DNA from: a virus
Lineage: Duplodnaviria; Caudoviricetes
Strand: one strand, 5' to 3'
Virus record (IMG/VR): IMGVR_UViG_3300042922_000108
Span: 1 to 56,135 of that record
Length of the DNA: 56,135 nucleotides
In this document: piece by piece, positions 9,281 through 16,882 of the stretch
Layout: the number at the start of each line of letters is the position of its first letter
Position numbering within the stretch: the first letter of the stretch is position 1
Notes under the pieces: model-generated
Database searches by the model: none
Seen by the model: only the letters and a program-made list of their open reading frames with translations
What the model was told of the DNA's origin: nothing
Made by a program: the position numbers and the translations under genes

Positions 9281-9324
9281 GGGAACCCCTCACATCATCT
9301 GGGAATGTGAGGGGTTTCCTTTTT
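9281..9324 (+). terminator. Intrinsic terminator
   Basis: GGAACCCCTCACAT/ATGTGAGGGGTTTCC plus T-run. Confidence 0.75.
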
Positions 9325-9366
9325 CCCCTCGAATGTACTATGCTGTGGATAACGAAAGGAAAGATC

Positions 9367-9579
9367 ATGGGAACCACCGTTAGCGTTCCAGAACTCCCGA
9401 AGTGCGATTTCTGCTCACGAGCAGGGCTTGACGCAGAGGCACACTACGATGGCAAGACGGTCTTTGGACCGTGGGCCAACATGTGCTCAGTGCACTTCAG
9501 CACATACGGCTCCGGCCTTGGTACAGGGCTAGGACAACGACTCATCTTGAAGGAAGACAATGGAACTGAAAAGCGGTGA
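9367..9579 (+). CDS. Small Zn-binding phage protein
   Basis: CDFC...YDGKT..GPWANMCxxH...GLGTGLGQ; GAAAGGA RBS. Confidence 0.75.
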   Translation: MGTTVSVPELPKCDFCSRAGLDAEAHYDGKTVFGPWANMCSVHFSTYGSGLGTGLGQRLILKEDNGTEKR

Positions 9580-9736
9580 CAAGGTAAGAGTTGTCCTGCC
9601 GGGACAACGGATGCACAACCATGTAGGCACGATAGTCATGCCTCCAACCGACACCGGCAGAATGGTAGTTGAGTTTACAGAGGGAGACGCTTGGTTCCTC
9701 TATCCCGATGAAGTTGTAAAAGTAGAAAAGGACTAA
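9560..9736 (+). CDS. 58-aa KOW/SH3-like protein
   Basis: MELKSGDKVRVV...HVGTIV...YPDEV; below ORF-track cutoff. Confidence 0.65.
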   Translation: MELKSGDKVRVVLPGQRMHNHVGTIVMPPTDTGRMVVEFTEGDAWFLYPDEVVKVEKD

Positions 9737-9737
9737 C

Positions 9738-10061
9738 TTGAAGCTCAACAAGTACGCAGCCAACGAAATCACCGGAGAGCTGCCCAAGGGTGTGACAGCT
9801 ACCGCAACGCTCATCATCAAGCTCAAGGCCAAGTGCACAGCGTGTGGAGAGACACACGAGCATGAGGAAGAGACTGACGGTAGGTACAACGCTGACTACG
9901 CTATCCAACACAAGATGCGCTTCACCACAGTGAAGACCAATCGGGACACTCGTACCTACTACGGTATGGAATTCCTGTTGTGCCCTAGTTGCAACAAAAC
10001 CGCGCAAGACTTCATGACTGGCAAGATCAATCTGAAAGAGGAAACCATTGAAGCTGACTGA
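9738..10061 (+). CDS. Hypothetical Zn-finger protein
   Basis: CTAC and CPSC pairs. Confidence 0.7.
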   Translation: MKLNKYAANEITGELPKGVTATATLIIKLKAKCTACGETHEHEEETDGRYNADYAIQHKMRFTTVKTNRDTRTYYGMEFLLCPSCNKTAQDFMTGKINLKEETIEAD

Positions 10062-11145
10062 ACTCTTCACGCTGGGACAGCTCGAGCTTGAGCTACAGGA
10101 CGGCTACGTGAAGGAAACGAAGCATCCTACGCTTCCCCTCACCATTCTGAACTACACCGACAAGTGCACCTATGAGCAGCTCTGGAATGATGTGACAACG
10201 CATTGCCGGGGGCTCATTGTCAACAACGTGACGCACGAGGTCATTGCTCGCGGACCTCGCAAGTTCTTCAACTACGGTGAGCCATCAGCAGCAACATGGC
10301 CGCTATCTCAGATGGTAGAACTCAGTACCAAGGAAGACGGCTCGCTGGGAATTGGTTGGCGGTTCTTTGACGGTGCACAGTGGCATTACGGGGTAGCCAC
10401 ACGCGGTAGCTTCACGTCAGAGCAGGCACTACACGCTACTGAGCTTCTGACGGATGACGATAAAGGTTCCATTGATTGGGGTACAGACTTCCACACCCGT
10501 ATCTGGGAGATTGTCTACCCTGAAAACCGTATTGTGTTGGACTACGGCGGACGGGATGAGCTTATCCCTCTTGGTACTGTGAACCATTACACAGGGCTTA
10601 TCCAGTGGAGGCCCCGTAAGGTTGCGCACTCTGACGTACTGGGAGCTATCACCTTGGGCGAAGCGCTCGCGTTGAAGATTCCAGACAACGAAGAGGGCTA
10701 TGTGCTCGATATCCTCAACACACAAGGTGTAGTGGTTGACCACCTGAAGCTCAAGGGTGAACGGTACAAAGAGCTTCACGCAGCAATCTTTGGTCTGTCT
10801 GAGAAGGCTATCTGGGAGCAGATGGTAGAAGGCACACACTTTGACTTCATTGCTGCCCTGCCGGATGAGGTACAGCCGTGGGCTCATGAAGTCGCTGACA
10901 GTCTCAGTGATGCCTTTGAGGGGTACTACTACAAAATCAACTATGTCTACTCGAGCGTGGTGACTTTCGAGCACCGTAGGGGGCAGGCTGAATACCTCAA
11001 GGCACACCACCCTGAAATTATGTCTCCTGTCTTCAACCTGCTTGACGGTAAGGTAGACCGTATGGAAGAGTGGGTCTGGAAGAAGATCAAGCCGGGACAC
11101 GTACCGTTTTCCGCAAGCAACGCATTGGAGAGTGCATCAGTTTGA
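10048..11145 (+). CDS. RNA ligase (T4 Rnl1-like)
   Basis: CRGLI, KFFN, KEDGSLG adenylylation motif, ATRGSF, EGYV, KLKG. Confidence 0.9.
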   Translation: MKLTELFTLGQLELELQDGYVKETKHPTLPLTILNYTDKCTYEQLWNDVTTHCRGLIVNNVTHEVIARGPRKFFNYGEPSAATWPLSQMVELSTKEDGSLGIGWRFFDGAQWHYGVATRGSFTSEQALHATELLTDDDKGSIDWGTDFHTRIWEIVYPENRIVLDYGGRDELIPLGTVNHYTGLIQWRPRKVAHSDVLGAITLGEALALKIPDNEEGYVLDILNTQGVVVDHLKLKGERYKELHAAIFGLSEKAIWEQMVEGTHFDFIAALPDEVQPWAHEVADSLSDAFEGYYYKINYVYSSVVTFEHRRGQAEYLKAHHPEIMSPVFNLLDGKVDRMEEWVWKKIKPGHVPFSASNALESASV

Positions 11146-11166
11146 GTCAGTTGATTATGGTCACAC

Positions 11167-11586
11167 GTGCGTACAAGGGCTAGAGCTGATCCTGAGACAC
11201 GCTTCTTTGCTCAGGTAGACATAACTGGATTCTGCTGGCTCTGGAATCGTGCACTAACCCGCAAGGGTTATGCAATGTTCAAGTTTGATCCACAGCAGAA
11301 TAAGGCACAAGCACATCGTTGGATTTACGAGCACTTGGTAGGTCCAATACCAGACGGTTTGGTATTGGATCACCTTTGCCGCATTAGGCACTGTGTGAAT
11401 CCTGACCATGTTGAACCTGTCACCAACGTTGAGAACGTGCGACGTGGGAATGGTGATTACAACAAAAACAAGTTACACTGCAAGCGGGGACACAGTTACA
11501 CAGGAGATAACGTGTACGTCCACAACAACCGAAGACATTGCAGGGCTTGCAGAGCACTGACACACATGCAAAGGAAACAGAAGTGA
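11167..11586 (+). CDS. HNH homing endonuclease
   Basis: DHLCRIRHCVNPDH; C-terminal HCKRGH...CRAC; paralogue of 132..656. Confidence 0.9.
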   Translation: MRTRARADPETRFFAQVDITGFCWLWNRALTRKGYAMFKFDPQQNKAQAHRWIYEHLVGPIPDGLVLDHLCRIRHCVNPDHVEPVTNVENVRRGNGDYNKNKLHCKRGHSYTGDNVYVHNNRRHCRACRALTHMQRKQK

Positions 11587-12533
11587 CGACTCCATTTATC
11601 ATTTTGACTAGAGGGTTGCCGGGTAGCGGTAAGAGCACATGGGCTGACAACACCATTTCCATTCTGCGGAACACCGTCAAGGTGGAGCGTGACGAAATGC
11701 GCCAGCTCCACTTCAAGCAGTACGGCAAGCTGTCCACGGAGCAGGAAGAGCAGGTGACCCGTACTCAGGAAGCCTTGGTTCGCGCCTACATTGGTCAGGG
11801 CGTGAACGTCATCATCAGTGACACTCACCTTCCTGACCGCTCTGTGAAGCGCTGGCAGAAGATCGGCCTCGAGCTTGGTTCTGAGGTTCTGGTACAGGAG
11901 TTCCGCAACGTACCTCTTGAGACGGTGCTGAAGAACAATGCGGAGCGCAATAAGTACCAGAAGGTTGTACCTGAGTCTGTCATCCGTGACATGCACAACC
12001 GCTTCATCAAGGGCCGTGACCTTGACAAGGAAGTGACGTACACACCTCCTGCTGAGCTGGAGATTGAGCCCTACGTACAACCTGACTTTGAGACAGGTTA
12101 TGAGGCTGTCATCTTTGACATTGACGGTACTCTTGCTGTCTTGGGTGACCGCTCACCTTACGATCCCACCAAGTACCACCTTGACAGTCTCAATGTGGAC
12201 GTGAACGCTTCCCTCGAAGCACATTGGAAGCTTGGACGGGAAATCATCATCGTTTCAGGACGTGATGAGGCATACCGCTCTGAGACAATCGCATGGCTCA
12301 ATGAGAACGAAGTGAAGTGGGACTTCCTTCACATGCGTCCTACGGAGAACCGTAAGGACGGGAAGAAAACCGAAGACAGCATCATCAAGTACAACCTCTT
12401 CAACGAGTACATCAGGGGTAAGAACTACAAAATCCTTGGTGTGTACGATGACAGGCAGCGTGTCTTGCGTATGTGGCGCAAGCTGGGGCTCACCACATTC
12501 CACGTCAACGGTCCTGACGCGGGAAACTTCTAG
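11583..12533 (+). CDS. pseT: Polynucleotide 5'-kinase/3'-phosphatase (T4 PseT/Pnkp-like)
   Basis: GLPGSGKS P-loop plus HAD DIDGT, SGR, DDR motifs; GTGA overlap start. Confidence 0.9.
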   Translation: MTTPFIILTRGLPGSGKSTWADNTISILRNTVKVERDEMRQLHFKQYGKLSTEQEEQVTRTQEALVRAYIGQGVNVIISDTHLPDRSVKRWQKIGLELGSEVLVQEFRNVPLETVLKNNAERNKYQKVVPESVIRDMHNRFIKGRDLDKEVTYTPPAELEIEPYVQPDFETGYEAVIFDIDGTLAVLGDRSPYDPTKYHLDSLNVDVNASLEAHWKLGREIIIVSGRDEAYRSETIAWLNENEVKWDFLHMRPTENRKDGKKTEDSIIKYNLFNEYIRGKNYKILGVYDDRQRVLRMWRKLGLTTFHVNGPDAGNF

Positions 12534-12545
12534 GAAAGGGAAGCA

Positions 12546-12737
12546 GTGCCTAAAGAAACCAAGCGTTACGTTGCCGTAGTTGAAATCCTCGAGGTCACCG
12601 AAACGGAAGCCTACAAGGAATACAGCAACCACTACCCAGCCACCAAAGAGTCTCGTGAGCTTGCCAAGTTCACCGTCCGTGATGAAGCCCTGCTTGGGCT
12701 CAAGGAAAAGGTATCTTCCTTTACCGATTTGGTCTGA
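12546..12737 (+). CDS. Hypothetical protein
   Basis: GGAAAGGG RBS, GTG start. Confidence 0.65.
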   Translation: MPKETKRYVAVVEILEVTETEAYKEYSNHYPATKESRELAKFTVRDEALLGLKEKVSSFTDLV

Positions 12738-12745
12738 AAAACAGT

Positions 12746-12792
12746 TTGACAATGAGCAGCGAACTCCCTAAACTTGGGGAGTTCGTTGTTTT
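12746..12792 (+). promoter_or_regulatory. Promoter with -10 box in a terminator loop
   Basis: TTGACA-17-TAAACT; stem AGCAGCGAACTCCC / GGGAGTTCGTTGTT plus T-run. Confidence 0.7.
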
Positions 12793-12810
12793 ATGAAAGG
12801 AACAATTCAG

Positions 12811-13362
12811 TTGAATTGGAATGAATACCAGCAGGGCGCACTTACCACCGCGATCTACCCGCTGAAGCGTGAACTCGAATACACCATTCTGGGCTTGTCC
12901 TCTGAGGTTGGTGAAATCGGTGAAGTCTACGGGCGTGAAAAGCTCATGGGATGGGGCTTTACCCGCAAGGGCACCAACGAAATCCTTGCAGAGATTGGCG
13001 ATAACTGGTGGTACGCAGCCGCCGTTGCCGATGCGCTGGGCAAGCAGTTTGAAGAGGTCCGCACATTCAGCGGCCTGCTCCCTGAGAACTACCGGAGCCG
13101 TGGCCTGACCATCCTCACGCTGCAGAAACATGCCAGCAAGATTGCCGGTATCTTGAAGAAGTCCATCCGTGACAACGATGGTTACTTTGAAGCGAAGCAC
13201 ACTGACGCGGTGATGGCTGAACTGTTCCAGTTCACTCACCAGCTCGAGAACCTGACTGAGCAGTTCGGTTCTACCACTGAGGCTGTCATGGCTAAGAACC
13301 TCAACAAGCTCGCTGACCGCAAGGCACGCGGTGTGCTTCAGGGTAGTGGGGATAATCGCTAA
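12811..13362 (+). CDS. mazG: MazG-like nucleotide pyrophosphohydrolase
   Basis: EVGE, EIGD..WY, NLNKL.DR..RGVLQGSGDNR. Confidence 0.85.
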   Translation: MNWNEYQQGALTTAIYPLKRELEYTILGLSSEVGEIGEVYGREKLMGWGFTRKGTNEILAEIGDNWWYAAAVADALGKQFEEVRTFSGLLPENYRSRGLTILTLQKHASKIAGILKKSIRDNDGYFEAKHTDAVMAELFQFTHQLENLTEQFGSTTEAVMAKNLNKLADRKARGVLQGSGDNR

Positions 13363-13536
13363 GTGAAAACCTACATCATTACGCTTATCAACGGTGAGCT
13401 GGAAGAGTGCCGTTGTGACTCGATAGAGTTCACACCGACGCACATTGTTTTTGAGAGTGACAACGGTAAGACTCTCAACTACTCCATTCTTGCCACAAAG
13501 GTGCTACGAGTCTTTGAAGAAGGTGCAAACGAGTGA
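13363..13536 (+). CDS. 57-aa hypothetical protein
   Basis: Fills gap, GTGA overlap with next gene. Confidence 0.55.
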   Translation: MKTYIITLINGELEECRCDSIEFTPTHIVFESDNGKTLNYSILATKVLRVFEEGANE

Positions 13537-13907
13537 ACACCACTGAACAGAAGTACCTTCTCCTGCTGAAGACCTTGTATGACCCCAAGTCCACCAAGGC
13601 TGAGCTGTCAGCAGTAGGCAAAGCCATTGCGGAACTCACCGAGACTCAGCAGGTGGACTTCAACAACTTCCAGCACAAGGTGGGAGAGGTCTTCCTGCAG
13701 ATTCAGGCAGACCTTGACAAAGGCCTTGATGAACTGGCTGATGACTTCCCAGAAGAGACAGACCCACGCAAGTGGGAAGACGAAGACTGGGTAACCTTTG
13801 ACCTAGCAGTGTTTGAGCATAAGTACGAAGAGCTGTACCGTACCTACGCCGAACAGAAGCCCAACCTGCACCTCATGTGGAAAGAGATCGAAACCCGCCT
13901 TGCCTGA
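13533..13907 (+). CDS. Hypothetical protein
   Basis: 124-aa ORF coupled in operon. Confidence 0.7.
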   Translation: MNTTEQKYLLLLKTLYDPKSTKAELSAVGKAIAELTETQQVDFNNFQHKVGEVFLQIQADLDKGLDELADDFPEETDPRKWEDEDWVTFDLAVFEHKYEELYRTYAEQKPNLHLMWKEIETRLA

Positions 13908-14214
13908 GACATACTTTAGAGATTCCTTCCAAGAAAAGCTGTTTGAAAATCCACCTGAGTGCACCGAAATGAACCCCGATTACTTCTTCGCTGATCCTGA
14001 TGACGAAGAAGAAAAGTTCGGACGTTCTGAGCGTGCCATTGCGGTAGCAGCCTGTAACCGCTGCCCGTTGAAGATGGAGTGCTTTCAGTACGCCATCAGC
14101 AACAACATCACCGAAGGTGTGTGGGGCGGGGCAGTACCTCAGCAGCGTCAGGCCTATGCCAACAAGGTAAGGCTGAACATCAGAGCCACCGAACTGAAAT
14201 ACGGTGTCCAGTAG
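13900..14214 (+). CDS. whiB: WhiB-family transcription factor
   Basis: C..(PDYFF)..CxxC-x5-C plus GVWGG. Confidence 0.9.
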   Translation: MPETYFRDSFQEKLFENPPECTEMNPDYFFADPDDEEEKFGRSERAIAVAACNRCPLKMECFQYAISNNITEGVWGGAVPQQRQAYANKVRLNIRATELKYGVQ

Positions 14215-14897
14215 TGCAGCTCGAGGAACTGAAGAGTAGTATCCTCGAGCAGATCACGAAGCCCACCGACAGGGGGCAGCAGAAGAAAATCGGTCCATCC
14301 GAAATCGGTGGCTGTCCCCTGTGTATCGGTGAGAAGCTTGCATTAGCACACCCTGACTTGTACCCAGACCTTGAACATACGGAAAGATTCGGGCTGGCTG
14401 CGTGGGTGGGTAGTTGCGTGCATGACTTCATGGAACGTGGTATTGAGATTCCCAATGCTTACAAAGAGCACAAGAATCCCATCTACGATCTTGCTGGCTA
14501 CGGGATTATTGCGGGCTCCACTGACCTGTACGTTGACGGTCACGTTGTGGACTACAAATGTGTGGGGAAGTACAGCTACGACGCAATGAAGCTTGCGTAC
14601 CGGCTGGAGCCCAACAAGATACCCAAGACAGGTTACCGAGTCCAACAGCATTTGTACGGTTTGGGCTGGGAGCTTGCAGGGTATAAGGTTGAAGACGTGA
14701 GCCTCTGTGTCATCCCAAAGGAAAGCAACAATCCTGATGACATTCGATTCTTCTCAGAAAGATACAACCGAGAGGTTGCGGAGAAGGCACTCGCTAGATT
14801 AGAATTGATCTACAAGCGAGTGAAGCAGGGTAAGCTTGAAACTCTCCCGATGGATGAGGATTGCTACACCTGCACTCGGGTCTTATTCAGAGCATAG
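14214..14897 (+). CDS. Cas4-like PD-(D/E)xK exonuclease
   Basis: GPSEIGGC, GS.D...VDYK, QQHLYG, CxxC. Confidence 0.85.
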   Translation: MQLEELKSSILEQITKPTDRGQQKKIGPSEIGGCPLCIGEKLALAHPDLYPDLEHTERFGLAAWVGSCVHDFMERGIEIPNAYKEHKNPIYDLAGYGIIAGSTDLYVDGHVVDYKCVGKYSYDAMKLAYRLEPNKIPKTGYRVQQHLYGLGWELAGYKVEDVSLCVIPKESNNPDDIRFFSERYNREVAEKALARLELIYKRVKQGKLETLPMDEDCYTCTRVLFRA

Positions 14898-14905
14898 GGG
14901 CTCAA

Positions 14906-15106
14906 TTGACAATTGCTATTGGTGATACTGTCCGTGTCGTGGAAGGTGCAAACCATCCCGAAGTCAAGGCAGGTGCAATTGGTAAAGTACACCACTTAGG
15001 TGTAAAGTATCCGGGGGACATAAGGGTGAAATTCCCGAAAGACCCTGATTTGCTCTGGCTTTACCCAGAGCATTACGAAAGGATGGAAGAGAACACTGAG
15101 CACTGA
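14906..15106 (+). CDS. Small KOW/SH3-like protein
   Basis: IGDTVRVV...GAIGKV...VKF...LYPE. Confidence 0.65.
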   Translation: MTIAIGDTVRVVEGANHPEVKAGAIGKVHHLGVKYPGDIRVKFPKDPDLLWLYPEHYERMEENTEH

Positions 15107-15113
15107 AACTGAT

Positions 15114-15878
15114 GTGGCTGAAGAAAACGAAATGCTGGAGACTGAAGAGGATGACCTTTTCGACTTGAGCGATATTGCCACCATCGAAGAGCCCACACCG
15201 GCTCGCAAGCGCACCTCAATGCTTCTGTACGGACGGCACCGCGTGGGCAAGTCCACGTTTGTTGCCCAGTGTGCTGAAGTGGAAGGCATGTTCCCCATCC
15301 TGTGGCTCGCCACGGAAGATGGAACGGGAGCCTTTGAAGGCAAGTACCCCAAGGGTGTCATTGATGTGGTTCACATCAAGGAAGCTATGGACCTTGTGAA
15401 AATCGTCATGAAGGTCACTTCCAACAAGACGCGCTACAAGACGGTGGTTATCGACACTGCCGGTCAGTTCCAAGAACTCATCAAGCGTGACTATCGTGCG
15501 GCTAACCCCAACACGAAGAACGCTTACGAGGTCTGGGATAAGATCGCTGACGGTCTTACCCTTGTAACTGACAAGCTCCACAACAGCCAGTACAACTTCT
15601 TCCTCATAGCACACACCGCTAAGGAAAAGGATGATGTGCTGGGGCAGGTTCTCTTGAGCCCTCACTTCCTTGGTAAGAAGTCGATTGTGGAGATTCCCAA
15701 GATTCCTGATACCATTGCGTATCTGGAAAAGCAGGAAGATGATGAAGGTACGGGATACCGTCTTCTTCACCTCACTGCTTCTGGTAGGATTGATGCCGGT
15801 AGCCGGTATGAACACAAACTACCAGACCGTATGAAGAATCCGAAGATGGCGGATTACTACGCGGCCATCACTGCGTAG
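15114..15878 (+). CDS. AAA-family (Sak4-like) ATPase/recombinase
   Basis: LYGRHRVGKST, VVIDT, LIAH; between Cas4-like nuclease and SSB. Confidence 0.8.
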   Translation: MAEENEMLETEEDDLFDLSDIATIEEPTPARKRTSMLLYGRHRVGKSTFVAQCAEVEGMFPILWLATEDGTGAFEGKYPKGVIDVVHIKEAMDLVKIVMKVTSNKTRYKTVVIDTAGQFQELIKRDYRAANPNTKNAYEVWDKIADGLTLVTDKLHNSQYNFFLIAHTAKEKDDVLGQVLLSPHFLGKKSIVEIPKIPDTIAYLEKQEDDEGTGYRLLHLTASGRIDAGSRYEHKLPDRMKNPKMADYYAAITA

Positions 15879-15942
15879 CTTCATTATCAAGTAACACTGC
15901 ACTAAAAAATAACTCGAAAAACAACAAAAGGAAACACACATA

Positions 15943-16476
15943 GTGACTGAGCGTCCTTCATTTGACCTGACCGCCGAAGACCTTGACACCACCCGCAAGT
16001 TGGTGCCGGAAGGCTGGCACACGGTTGAAATTGATGACTGCGAAGACGATCTGGAGACTTCCAACGGGAACCTTCAGTACCTCGTGAAGTACAAGTCCGT
16101 GGATGAGAGCTTCAAGGGACAGCTTTGGGACTACATTGCAGTCACGAAGTCTTCCATTCAGAACATCATCAGCCTGACCAAGGCTGCAGGCCTGCCGGTT
16201 CCCACCAAGGAAAAGCCGGGTCCGTTTACCCCTCCTGAAGCTGATGACCTGATCGGCAAGGAACTCCAGATTGAAGTTGTCCACGTGGATGACTACAAGA
16301 AGGCAACTGACGATGAGGGCAATATCCTCAAGCGTGCACAGGTCCGTTTCGCCGGTCGTAAGAAGATCGGTGAGAAGGTAGGCAAGACTGCTGCCAAGGC
16401 AACCACCAAGGCTGGCGCTAAGGCTCCGGCTAAGGGCAAGGCCGCTGCTGCTGAGACTGACGGTTTCTCGCTGTAG
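15943..16476 (+). CDS. Single-stranded DNA-binding protein (DUF669-like)
   Basis: PEGWH.V.I, LIGKE..I.V, Lys/Ala-rich tail ending ETDGFSL; synteny. Confidence 0.7.
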   Translation: MTERPSFDLTAEDLDTTRKLVPEGWHTVEIDDCEDDLETSNGNLQYLVKYKSVDESFKGQLWDYIAVTKSSIQNIISLTKAAGLPVPTKEKPGPFTPPEADDLIGKELQIEVVHVDDYKKATDDEGNILKRAQVRFAGRKKIGEKVGKTAAKATTKAGAKAPAKGKAAAAETDGFSL

Positions 16477-16545
16477 CTGACGTGGTGGGGTAACGATGGC
16501 ACTACCCGTTACTTAAACGTTCAAGATAATGCGCCCACCACCCTA

Positions 16546-16573
16546 ACTCCTGAGCATGAGTGATAAACTGCTC
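16546..16573 (+). ncRNA. Compact H-type pseudoknot
   Basis: ACTC/GAGT stem; loop GAGCA pairs with downstream TGCTC. Confidence 0.5.
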
Positions 16574-16576
16574 CAA

Positions 16577-16718
16577 CGGCTGATAGTTCAATCTGGTGTA
16601 GGCGAACATATTGTTCTGTGACGGGCGTGAACACTCGAGGAACGTCACAGCAAATTACTGGGAGCTTCAGAACACTACCTTTGGTGGTAGAGATATGGGT
16701 TCAAATCCCACAAGCCGA
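16577..16718 (+). ncRNA. tRNA-Pro(UGG)-like RNA interrupted by a 71-nt D-loop insertion
   Basis: CGGCTGA-TA-GTTCAATCTGGT ... AGAAC-A-CTACC-TTTGGT-GGTAG-AGAT-ATGGG-TTCAAAT-CCCAC-AAGCCG-A. Confidence 0.6.
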
Positions 16719-16787
16719 CAAGAGCAGCATAGCGTTAGTAGCGGAAGTGAAAGCCAGATGGCTCTTGCCGGAGGGCGATAACCTCAA

Positions 16788-16820
16788 GAGGAAGCCAGTC
16801 GAAAGGCTGGCTTTCCTTTT
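16788..16820 (+). terminator. Intrinsic terminator closing the RNA cluster
   Basis: GGAAGCCAGTC-GAAA-GGCTGGCTTTC then CTTTT. Confidence 0.75.
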
Positions 16821-16882
16821 GCCCTAGCGGGATGGAATATGAAACATCTGCTAAGCTATGAGTTTGGATTGAAAGGAGCACA

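Noticed and set aside
11167-11586. Group I introns around the HNH genes
   Set aside because: Neighbouring genes look intact and there is no non-coding room for intron cores.
14214-14897. Cas4-like gene as evidence of a CRISPR system
   Set aside because: No repeat-spacer array or other cas genes seen; it sits in the usual nuclease-ATPase-SSB recombination module.
16624-16642. Insert loop shares 11 nt (AACACTCGAGG) with portal mRNA near 47736-47746
   Set aside because: Same sense as the mRNA rather than antisense, and a match this short is plausible by chance.
16618-16827. 69-aa ORF across the RNA cluster
   Set aside because: No RBS, and it overlaps tRNA-like arms and a terminator; RNA structure explains the region better.
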